Positions 1 to 10,455 of a stretch of DNA of 64,000 bases are shown one piece after another (the first letter of the stretch is position 1; each line of letters begins with the position of its first letter). The position numbers were made by a program, and so were the translations under genes. Origin of the DNA: Paraspadella gotoi (Eukaryota > Animalia > Chaetognatha); assembly GCA_051294375.1 (NCBI GenBank), contig CM119269.1:394910-458909 (forward strand), given 5' to 3'. Below the pieces are notes generated by a model. The model worked only from the letters and a program-made list of their open reading frames with translations, made no database searches and was not told where the DNA came from.

Positions 1-190
1 TGATCTCTGGCGACAATGAACGGGTCATTTCCCTCTCTGCTTTCTTCGTAATGGATGCCTGGATGCCTTTTGAAGAGGATTTAACCAAATAGTTAAAATA
101 ATATCATTTTTAGTAAGAGAGATATTGACTTTCGTTTCGTTTCGTCTCTCTATCGCGATCATTTGGGATTCGTCTTCGTCTTCCTAATTC

Positions 191-279
191 TTCCGTATTA
201 TTCTGTGATTAATTGTAACTATTCATGTTTCATAGTATGAAACACGAATAGTTACAATTAATCACAGAATAATACGGAA
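191..279. repeat. Near-perfect long inverted repeat (hairpin)
   Basis: ttccgtattattctgtgattaattgtaactattc...gaatagttacaattaatcacagaataatacggaa; arms of about 40 bp around a tiny loop. Confidence 0.85.
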
Positions 280-399
280 TAAATACAGAAGAATTACATA
301 GTGATTAATACTTATTATTAGTGTCTTGTATAGATATTTCAATTGCTCGCCGGCAAGAGCAGATGGAATATCTATATGCTTTATTTTATTAAGGTATTA

Positions 400-507
400 A
401 ATATCAACAAGACGAAATCGATGTCCCCACCCGCTCGCCTCCGCCTCCCGGCCGGCGACCCGGTCTAAGAACTCAAAATGTTTCACCCTCAACTAGAAAC
501 CTTTGAC
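400..507 (+). pseudogene. Degenerate fragment resembling the post-integrase tail of a Gypsy pol
   Basis: Translates as DEIDVPTRSPPPPGRRPGLRTQNVSPSTRNL*, similar to EIETGHPQRRQPGRQPGLRTREAPTSTRV in the pol ORF near 57220-57300. Confidence 0.45.
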
Positions 508-2073
508 TGCGAAACGCAAAAAAATCATCCGCCCATGATGCCCGCCTCCGCCGTCTCCTCTTCCCTACCTCCGCTTCCCCTCACACTTTAGAACCGGAGT
601 GAACTTTTACATTGCCTGACGGCAGTTTAATTAAATGGTAAGATTTTATTTTCTCTTCTACAACCTATTTTTTATGTTAAATATGTCTTAGTTTTCGTAT
701 TACAATTGCAATATTAGTTTGTTAAATATAAACTATAATGTAACTAAATTGAATAACTAAAAAAAATATTACTAGATCATTTTTTAATGATATTTCAAGA
801 CTGATGATATTTTTATTTTTGCTCATTCGCTGATTATTATGTCCCTAATATATATCATCTATTTTTGTTACTATTTTCACATGAAATGGTCGAATTTGTT
901 TTTCAATCGATTTTACAATTAATTTTTTTTGTTTTATTAGAAATTAAAAACGGCGAGCTTCAGGATAAGGAAAAGACGCCGAAACTTTGTTGGTAACAAT
1001 TTTTTTTCTGTACAAATTATATTGCTTAGTATTGCATTCATTATGATATTAATTAGATTAAAATCTTGTGTGCATAAGGAATTCATTAATTATTATTATT
1101 TATTATTTATTTATTTATTATTATAATTATTATTAGAGATGATTTTGTAGGATTTATAATATAGCTTTATTTTGTAAATATTGTGATTTACTTCATTTAG
1201 TTTTTACTTTTCATTACTTTCAGGATCAATCGGCAGTCCTGCTAGGTCAACAAAATCATTGTGGTTGCAGTCGTCATCAAGCACAGATTGCCTTTTTTTA
1301 CATATTATTTCCCCTTTGTCAATTTATTATAAATATTTTTTTTTTTGATTTCAATAATAAAAACGGGCGAAGGGGATAGAAGTATTAATCACTGATTTTT
1401 TTGCTGTTCTTCTTTCTCTCTGTTTAATCATGAAGTATTTCTGTCAAATAGATCAAAATACTGTGTGTACCATGTGTTATCTTTTATTATATATGTAACA
1501 ATTGTTGCATTTTTCAACACATAATAATTTAACTTAAATAAAAATCTATTCTTTTTATTTTAAATAAAACTTTGTAGGTGTATCAAACTTGTACATTCTT
1601 ACGAGTACATTCATAGGAATCAGCTTACCATGTCAATTGTCCTGAGTATGTTTTCATTTATTAGTCGATGAAAAGATAGTATGGTAGTCAGTGGTGTGTT
1701 GACGCTCGTGGCGTCCGACATGTGCGTTACAACATGGATTTAAAGTTTGACGTCTGCGGAGTCACCGCGGACGACCTCGCAATCGAGGCCGGGCCAAATT
1801 ATTAGGAAAAGTTTTACAACTGATTCAGTCGCAAAGAATGGGGGGAAAGGGGAAATTAGTATCTGTCTTAGTTTTCAGTTTACCAATGTTTGAAATGTCG
1901 CGGGAGGGAAAAGTTGCCTCTGGAACGTTCAATGCTTTTAACCCCGTTGGGGGTTATTAAACTGTTTTTACACACTTTTTAAAGTTTAAATCTCAAAAAT
2001 GAATAGTTAATTTCACACTTCTTATAAATGTAAACAGATATTTTTATCCGTCATCGTTGCCTATGTGTTGTTT

Positions 2074-2308
2074 TGAAAAAACATGATTATTGTTGTGTTA
2101 GTGACAGAACCGTTCAATATAAGCAGTCCCTGAGCTTTGGATCAGACTGACACTGTATCATCGAGTTACAGGCGGATTAAGTGCCCCGTCGCTCTTAACT
2201 GCTAGGCGACCACCGGGCTAGAACCCCGGACCTTGGGTAGGGAGGCGAATGACTTGCCTCCGGCGCCAATGGCCGCTGATGAACGGTTGATGATTTTAGT
2301 CCACCATA
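2074..2308 (-). mobile_element. tRNA-twister solo-LTR-like element, copy A (degenerate)
   Basis: Homologous to 35025-35258, 37656-37889 and 61144-61351. TG...CCATA ends on +, 4-bp TSD GTTT. tRNA-like head and twister core lie on -, with T1 and P3 mismatches. Confidence 0.85.
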
Positions 2309-3441
2309 GTTTGTTGAATTTTAAACATACAACTTGTTCCAAAATCCGAACGTCATTTAAGAAAAGACGTAAGGCAGCCAACGAGATCGAAACCAAAAAT
2401 ACAGAGGCACAAACAAGTGGATTAGTTCAATATCTAGTGTGTTACGTGAATAATTTTTATTTAATTTTTATCAAAAAATTACGTATTTGTAGAAGAGATC
2501 TAATGTATATTGTTCATTAATTTAAACGGCGGCATTACGGAGATTGCGCTTACGGACTACGACATTGTCATCTTCGAACCACTCGAATATGTTTGTGATT
2601 TGCTCATGCGGTTGACTCATTGGCATTAGGGTTGCTGTAATCAATAATTTTTTTTAAAAATTAATATCCGTCTTGTTATGGTTATCTTGGAACCGCATAT
2701 TCTGTACGTTAAATCGCTCACGTAAATGGCTAGTTCTTTAAATAAAAACTGTTTTGTAAAAATTGTAACAAGAAAGCCTTGGCTCAGTTTGATTTATTTT
2801 ATATTAATTACTTGGAAAGTAACATAAAGAATAATAAAAATTGTACCTCAAATTTCGATCGGGTATTTTGTTATTATTTACAACAAGATTTGACCTTTTA
2901 CCTAAAAGAATATAATAAAAATAAATAAAAAAAATAAAATGATAAATTATCAATAATAAAGAGTAGAAATATTTATTTTTACAAATATTCATGAGCTTTT
3001 TTCCCCGATTCATCGAACTTCGATATTCTTTGCTTGATTTCTTTATTGAATCTTTGGCCCGGAATCGAGCATACGACTCGTACCGTGTTCGTAGTACAAA
3101 TCCTTATGAACCAAAATTGAAATCCTTAACATAGGGCGACTTGATTACGCGAGGAAGCGGATTTTGGGTGACGTTTTGGGCCATAACTTTTGAATGCCTG
3201 GACCGATTTTGCTGATTTTGTCATGAAGCGCTCGAAACGAATTCCCTATCGTTCGGTACCAAATTTGTACGAGAAAACTTTTAAATAAAAATCTTGTGTT
3301 CTCGCTACCTTCCCCTATCTCTCTCTCTCTTCCCCTATTCCTCTTTCTCTCTTCCCCTATTCCTCTCTCTCTATCTCTCTCTTCCTATTCCTCTCTCTCT
3401 CTCCCCATTCCCCGTTCCCACCCTCACTCAATTCCACCCAC

Positions 3442-4220
3442 CTGTCCAGTCTCAGTTTCGGCCTCAGTCCGATCCACCCTCTCCTCCTCTTCCTCTTCCG
3501 GCTCAAATCCCGCGTGGCTCTCCTCATCCTCTTCCTCCGCTCTTGGACCGCCAGGGGTCACGGGCTGGCTGCGGGCATCGACGGAGGCTGGGGGTTCCAT
3601 CAACCCAGCCAGGTCTCGTGGGGTCTGAGGTGGGGCGTCGTCCATAGAGGAGCCCGGACGGCCCGGGGTGGGCGGGATCGAGGCCGCGCCGCCAGGGGTT
3701 GGGGGCGGAAGGCCGACCGACTCTGGGGGCAACATGTGGTCATCTTGGCCGTGGTGGGGAGTGAAGGGGGTACGGGTAGCTGTGGGGAAAAAGAATTAGT
3801 GAGTAAATGAATGGTGAGTCTGTGAAGTAGAACCAGTGGCCACAGATAGTTTGTGGACCGAGAGACACTGAGATATCTCTCTCTAGCTCTCTCCTCTTCT
3901 CCCCCGGTCAACCTCAGTTAGAATTTGGATCGCGAATTCAGTTGATAGATTCCGCTCGCTTGGACGATTTTCCCTCGGTATTTTAACCATTTTCCCTCGG
4001 TATTTTAATTATTTTCCTACGGCTTTTACACTACATTTATTGAATGATTTATGACGGATTTCTCTTGGATTATATTTTGATTTCTCTCCGATTTCTTTTA
4101 CATTTTTCGTCGAGATTTGTTGACAGTACAGAGTCAGTGGATGCCTTGTCGGTTGCTGGACCTTTCCTGGACCAACTGATATTGCTTGGAGCGGCGTAGA
4201 GAGACGGAAACTTCTCTACA

Positions 4221-4256
<36 letters not shown>

Positions 4257-7200
4257 GTATTGTCGTCGCTCTCGATCGAGTCGATCTTCCAGATGGCGTC
4301 GGCGATGGCGCGCCCATCGTCTCTCCGCCGTCGTCGTCGTCTTCATGCGGCGCCACCGAGGCCGGTCGCGCGTTGAGCGCCGCGTTGGCCTTCGCTTCTT
4401 CATCGACGTCGCCAGAGACATCCGCGTCGGCATCTGCGTCGGCATCGGCGGCGTCGGCGTATCCGCCCATTGAATAGGCCGAAGGAGGACCGACCTTGAG
4501 GAAAATAAAAGATAGAAAATATTGTTTAATTATTGTAAAAGATCCTCTTTTTCTCTTTCTCTTTCTCTTTCTCTCTCTCTCTCTCTCTGCTCGTTCTCGC
4601 TTCGCTGGTGTCAACGAGTTCGTATCTCCAATATTACTTATTATACTCATCTGAACCCATGATAAACTTTGATACTCAAACAAAAAATCAGATTTTATAC
4701 AGGAAAACTAAGTTTTAAATTAAAAATAAATAAATAAATAAAAAATGAATTGAATTAAATGAATTGAATGACATAAATTAAATGAATGAATTGTGGTGGT
4801 ATATTCACACCGCCTCACGTCCGTCATCCTTCAGCCAAATCCATTGGCTCAGAGGGGGAACACACCATCCCAAGCGTAGTGTTCCATCCACAGTCCTAAC
4901 GACTTCCCTCTGCGTTGGCAAAGCGAGACCGTCCTAGGGTAACCGCGCCAGTGACTGGAGGCGTCACTGAGGGTCGGAAGCCCCCAAAGCCAACAGTGAG
5001 ATGCCCCATCCCAATGGGCATCACAGGCAACCCGGCTGTTGCCATAAGTGGTGAGCCCTACTATCGAACACGCAACCTTCTCAGGGTACGCTACGACAAA
5101 CGCCTATGCCCTGCCGACTTCGGGTACGCTACGACAAACGCCTATGCCCTGGGGTACGCTACGACAAACGCCTATGCCCCACAACTCGCGCTCTCTCTCT
5201 CTCTCTCTCTCCACTATGGTAACAGTCTTGTCAGACACCTCTCAGGCTTGAGGAACCTGAGTGATGTCTTGGCCCGGGGATCCTGTGGTGGTATATTCAC
5301 ACCGCCTCACGTCCGTCATCCTTCAGCCAAATCCATTGGCTCAGAGGGGGAACACACCATCCCAAGCGTAGTGTTCCATCCACAGTCCTAACGACTTCCC
5401 TCTGCGTTGGCAAAGCGAGACCGTCCTAGGGTAACCGCGCCAGTGACTGGAGGCGTCACTGAGGGTCGGAAGCCCCAAAGCCAACAGTGAGATGCCCCAT
5501 CCCAATGGGCATCACAGGCAACCCGGCTGTTGCCATAGAATTTAATTTAAATTTTCAAGGAATAACAGTTTTTTAGTGTGTGACGACGAATTTTTATTTC
5601 ATAAGGACATGTTTCGACTCTGTGGTTGAGAGTCTTCATCAGCATTTGATTTAATCAACTCTCAACCACAGAGTCGAAACATGTCCCTATGAAATAAAAA
5701 TTCGTTGTCACACACTAAAAAACTGTTATTCCTTGAACTTAAACACAACGAAAAAGACAGAATCATAACAATTTAAATTTTAAAAAGACCTGCAGGTGAA
5801 CGCCCTACTCCTTCCTTCGTCCACCCATGACCTATCTCTTACCGATGGCGGGCCACCAATCGACTCCGGCGCTCCGATTGATTCGTCGCCAATCGACTCG
5901 GGCGGCCCGACAGAGGGCGGACCGACAGAGGGCGGGCCAATAGACATAGGAGCGGGGTAGTCTTCCATCTCTTCGTCGTCGTTGTCCGACTCCAACGCCT
6001 GCTCCTTCGCTGCTTGCTCCTGCGCTCTCGTTTCTGCTTCTCGGTTCTCTTCCTCGATTCTTTTCGCTTCCGCCCGTGACATACGCTTCTGCCTTTTGGC
6101 CGGGACTTCTCCGGCCGCCGGAATGGACGAATCCAGCGCGGACCCTTCCGGCACCGGCGCTTCGACGCCCGCAGCGCCGCCGCCCTCGCCCGAGCGGCGC
6201 CGCTCGTTCGTCGTTGGCAGAATCGAGGATTTTCGGCCGCGTTTGCCGCGACGCGTCGTGTCGAGGAGAGAGGACTCCCCGATTCTGATGAAGAATGATG
6301 GAGAAGAAATGCAAATGATAAAACTTTAATACTGATGCAGATTTCCTAATAATCGAGAGAATGATTAATAATGATTAATAATGATGGAGAAATAACTCAC
6401 CTTGACGATCCTCTCCCGCCAAGCGAGAATGACTCGCCTCCCCTCATAAGTTCCCGATCGTCAAAAGCGCCGATGTCCCCGAAGTCGTCGTCGCCCAATT
6501 GTTGAAATGAGGAAAAGTCTTCCTTCATTGTGATCTCCTCTGCTCGGGTCTGAAGGAAGGTTGGGGGAATAAATCAATAAATTAATAAATAAACAAATTA
6601 ATAAATAATTAAATATAAAAATAAATGAATTAATAACTCCTGTCTAGCTTTAGTTTTTCAGTGTGATCATTCATAGTTAAAATTACATTTGTTTTGCTAT
6701 TGAAAATAGTGAAACAAGTAATTTGAAAATTTTCATAAAAAGTAAAACGTTGTACCAATTTCATAACATTAGTAATTGTTTTCCCTTTGACCTTGCCCGA
6801 ATCGAATCCACAAAATTCATACTAATTTAAAATTAAATACAAATTAAAATTAATTATAAATAATTAATAGTTATTAACTATGAATCCGCCAGCTTCACCT
6901 GATTAAGAGTCAGCTGGCTTTGCACATCCAAGTCATTCAGATCCGTCAACGCCGTGTCAAAATCGTGAAAGTTCTCCGGCAAGGTGATGGCATTAAGCGC
7001 CGCCTCGCGATGATCCTCGGGCAAATCGACGACGCCAGGTCGAAACGCCATCTTGATCTTGACGAAAGCCTCATTGCAATCCGCCAAGAGATACTTGGCC
7101 TTACGAGAGTAGATGCGGACAACGCCTATGTGGGGAGGGGGCGCAGTTTCAGCATTTATAACCCAATAAGATTTCAAACTAATAGTCGTTTATGTTCTTT

Positions 7201-7491
7201 AACTTACCCAGCAAAAGATGTCCCGTGGTACGAAGGGCCATTTTGACTTTGGGTTGGATGATGGATTGAACAGAGGATTCTAAGTCTGTTTCGAAGACGT
7301 GAGCCTAAAAAGATTAAGAAAATTAAATTATCATATTATGTTATAAATTGTTAAATAACTTAAGATTCTGACCAAGAACCATCAAAACCTTGGAAAAGAC
7401 TTACCTTGGTGAGTTTTTTGTCCCAATGAGCGGCGAGCCAGATTCGAGCGAGTGGCCCTCGCTTGGACAGAACAAAGTGAGCGTAAAACAT
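3442..7491 (-). CDS. rad21: Cohesin kleisin Rad21/Scc1, 5' part. Exons 7491-7405, 7304-7208, 7125-6899, 6549-6401, 6284-5843, 4494-4254, 3779-3442
   Basis: [33 protein letters not shown]...[41 protein letters not shown] is the Rad21 N-terminal domain. DRELMR matches the ExxR separase site. GT-AG introns keep the frame. C-terminal exons were not found. Confidence 0.93.
4914..4994 (+). ncRNA. Twister ribozyme, type P5, in the 5' LTR of the TRIM
   Basis: P5 gttggc/gccaac; P2' gcga; GA; T1' ccg; P1 region tcctaggg; TAA; P2 ccgc; T2 GC; P3 cagtgac/gtcactg; A; P4 ggg/ccc; L4 tcggAAGC. Predicted cleavage between 4940 and 4941. Confidence 0.8.
5049..5081 (+). promoter_or_regulatory. tRNA-Trp-type primer binding site, extended
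   Basis: TGGTGAGCCCTACTATCGAACACGCAACCTTCT compared with the complement of the metazoan tRNA-Trp 3' end as I recall it, TGGTGACCCCGACGTGATTTGAACACGCAACCTTCT. Confidence 0.8.
5406..5485 (+). ncRNA. Twister ribozyme, type P5, in the 3' LTR of the TRIM
   Basis: Same core as 4914-4994. Predicted cleavage between 5432 and 5433. Confidence 0.8.
5554..5737 (-). mobile_element. Penelope-like pLTR remnant: inverted repeat with a minimal hammerhead (5606-5642, -)
   Basis: Minus strand CTGATGA-A-GACTCT-caaccac-AGAGTC-GAAAC-ATGTC, with palindromic ACATGT stem III. A truncated inverted copy follows on +. Confidence 0.78.
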
Positions 7492-8405
7492 TTTTTTGAT
7501 GTTGTGCGAGACGTTGAAGACGTCGAGGAAGAAGAAGCAGAAAAGAAAAAAGAATTCAAAGCGTGGATTACGAGATTCGAACGCGTGTCATATCGGGTCA
7601 GTTTCTTTTCTTTCCTCTTTTTATTTTCTGTAAAGTAATGGCGAACGAAACGGCAAACTTTAAGATCCTTTGTTTCAAAAAGGTTTTTAAAAAACTAATC
7701 CGAAAAATCAGATTTAAGAGTCTTGGAAATTAGAAATTACCTCAATAATTATATATATAACAATCATATTGGCAAATAGAAAAAAAGATTTGAAAAAGTT
7801 ATAACTGAGATTTTTAGGCCCTATCGACAGTACCTTAAACATAAATACAAAAATTTGACCTCCTGAAAAACATGTTCGGCCGCTAATAAAAAAATGGCAG
7901 TTCAAAAATAATAATGTCAGTCAAAACACAAAACAAGAAATTATTAGGTTATTTTTGATAAGATTTTTTTTTTAAATCTCATTTATGAGCATTTTTAAGG
8001 TCTTCGTTAGTTCACAAAGAATCACAATCAATACCAAAATTAAACGGAGATCTTTTAGTTTTTTTTTAGCTCCACTCAGATCCTTAGGCTTAAGCTTTAC
8101 TCTGCCTCACGGTAAAATACGGTTTTCCAAAATGAATGCTAACGGATGTTATCACAGGTCATGAACAAATCTCACTTCTTTAATAAAAATAAACAAATTT
8201 GGGCCAAATTTTAATTTAGGAGACATAATTTGAAACCACTAACAAGTAAAATAAGAATAATGTTATTCATCTTTAGCTTCGGTTTAGCAAACTAAAGCGA
8301 GAAGGTTTTGTTCCCGAGTTCCTACTAGCCGAAATCCTGAGCCATTAACCAACCCGTAGACAGGGCCTAGACAGGCCCCTGAGTGGAGGTGTATACCGCC
8401 TCGCT

Positions 8406-9251
8406 TCACTTCTCTCTTAATCCTAATTCAGAGACTTTTTTCTGAGCGGCTGCCATGACAACCATAGCTGTCCCGTTGGAGAGGAAAGAACGAATAGACC
8501 CAGGGGCTAAACCACGATAAAGTCCAAAGAATCCAACATTTTTGTAAACGGACTTTATCCTGTCCATTGTAGACATTTTGGGACCGAATTGACTTTGAAC
8601 CTGAGATTTTATATATTCAAGAGGCCAGACAACCCACCAGGCCAGAGTGGCCGCTATTCCGCTGACTAGAAAAGGCCCCACGATGGGGCTGTCGAAGAAT
8701 CCTGGAAAGTGTCTCCTTTGAGAATCGATAAGAATGAAGTAGGTCGTCATAAGTCCCAGGGTTCGCGACCACGTCACTCCGAATCCCGTATACAGGCTTT
8801 TGAATGTCCAGACTTGTCCCGTTTGTCTCTTCACTTTGGCGAACTCCAACGGCGTTTCGATGGCCGCCCGGGCTGTGGAGCCGCATATTCCGGCAAAGAT
8901 CACGCGCCACTGCAGGCCAAAGGTGCCAGGGATCTCCCGCGCGGCGATAGAGTCGTTCATCGCCGTGTAGACGCCCTCGAAGACGGCGAACTGGGCCGAG
9001 CGATAAATGCCCGAGCCCCAGAGGGGAGGCACGCTGCCCCGATAAAGGCCGCGAATGCCTTCCGCTTGGAAGGTCTTAGAGAAGGCTCGCCACATGCCCG
9101 CGTCCCGAAACCCGGGCTGAGCCTGCATTTTGGTTTTGATCGTATCGAAAGGGTAACCGGCCACGACGTTTGTGACGCCATAAAGAATTCCGACGCCAAG
9201 GCCGATAGATCCTTCCTTTAACCAGTGGCCGCGTTTTTCGTTGTGCGTCAT
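8406..9251 (-). CDS. SLC25 mitochondrial carrier (carnitine/ornithine-carrier-like), single exon
   Basis: Three Px[D/E]xxK signatures (PFDTIKTK, PLEFAKVK, PLEYIKSQ) and GLYRG motifs. First ATG at 9251; the track ORF starts at a TTG. Confidence 0.92.
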   Translation of the reverse strand: MTHNEKRGHWLKEGSIGLGVGILYGVTNVVAGYPFDTIKTKMQAQPGFRDAGMWRAFSKTFQAEGIRGLYRGSVPPLWGSGIYRSAQFAVFEGVYTAMNDSIAAREIPGTFGLQWRVIFAGICGSTARAAIETPLEFAKVKRQTGQVWTFKSLYTGFGVTWSRTLGLMTTYFILIDSQRRHFPGFFDSPIVGPFLVSGIAATLAWWVVWPLEYIKSQVQSQFGPKMSTMDRIKSVYKNVGFFGLYRGLAPGSIRSFLSNGTAMVVMAAAQKKVSELGLREK

Positions 9252-10455
9252 TTTTGTCACGTCGTCGTCGGCGTTCGTCAATCAAGATTTCAGATCCAGA
9301 TTTAGAAATTTCTTAATTTTTACTTTTCATCCATTTTTAAATCCTTTTTACATTATGACAGCTGACACTGGGGAAGAAAAAAAATTCATGATTCACTTGG
9401 TTTAAAACATTGAGGCGGTTTAAAGCCGTTACCTTATAACATATATGAGGCGACTTGTTTGTCTTGTCTTCTACACAGAAGAGTAGGAGTGTCAACTAAG
9501 ACAAACTTTATTTTAAATTGAAACAGCGCCTATTAAATTTGCTGATTTTTAGATTTTATGGTTACTATTAATTAATTTATGTATATTTTTGTTGATCTAA
9601 TCATTTTTTAAAAATTGCTTTTAAAATCCGTTTTATGTTAGGTTTCAGGCCTTCGTGCTTATAATTAAGATAAATTAACAAAGCAAAAGAAACATCAACG
9701 GCTTTGGAAAATGGCGATGAGCTGGTGTTCCCGCTAAGATTCATCCGCCGCCAGACTCTTCCTTTCGCGAAGAAAAGTAGATCCAAGAATTTTTTTAAGG
9801 ATTTCTGCCATAAAAAACTGTTATTTAAAACGAGAAAAACTTATATGTATTCTTTCAAACTATATCAATAATAGGTTCATTTTTTACTCTTAAGCATTTA
9901 TATTAGTTATTATGCATTTTTGTTGTTTAAAAGATATTGCGTGTTTGATCAGTTACGTATATTATTATCACAGCTAAGAAAAATATTACGTCTACCGTAT
10001 TGCTAATAGTCAGCATTTCGAGCTTAATTTCGGCAGAAGAAGAGCAGAACTGTGTTAAATTCATTGGCGTAAAGCTAAATCATACCAACCTGGAATCTAG
10101 GCTTAAACGATACGCTGGATGAAACGAGATGAGCAAGAATATTATATTGGTTGTACCAATTTCATATAAAAACTATAAATAAAAAAATATGAATAATTAT
10201 GATTTTAAACAATATCTCATAGAACCCTCTAATTAAAATTAAAAAAAGGTTTTCAAGTTTAAATTTAATAAAAACGGATGAAATTATTTCTTTTGTCAGT
10301 AATTTAAAGGACATCTGCCGTCAAAGAGCGATAACAAATTAAAATAAAAACTCATGTGATCATCTTAATTTCTGAAAACTGGTTGGACGATCAACTGTTA
10401 CAACAACAAAATGACTTTATTTTGTTAAGAGGATGTTTTTCGTCGATCTGCCATC

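Larger units (their letters stand above)
4792..5537 (+). mobile_element. Non-coding LTR retroelement (TRIM / retrozyme-like)
   Basis: LTRs 4792-5046 and 5284-5537 differ only by one C. TG...CCATA termini, 4-bp TSD GAAT (4788-4791, 5538-5541), PBS starting TGGTGA at 5049, short G-rich tract before the 3' LTR, and three 28-bp internal repeats (gggtacgctacgacaaacgcctatgccc). Confidence 0.93.

Noticed and set aside
2074-2308. Family 2 as a functional tRNA gene, ordinary SINE or Helentron
   Set aside because: The anticodon stem does not pair. Fixed ends with 4-bp TSDs and no tail fit integrase insertion, not target-primed reverse transcription or rolling-circle insertion.
4915-5391. 158-aa ORF across the TRIM
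   Set aside because: TTG start, no domain, runs through LTR, tandem repeats and (CT)n; the region is explained as structured non-coding RNA.
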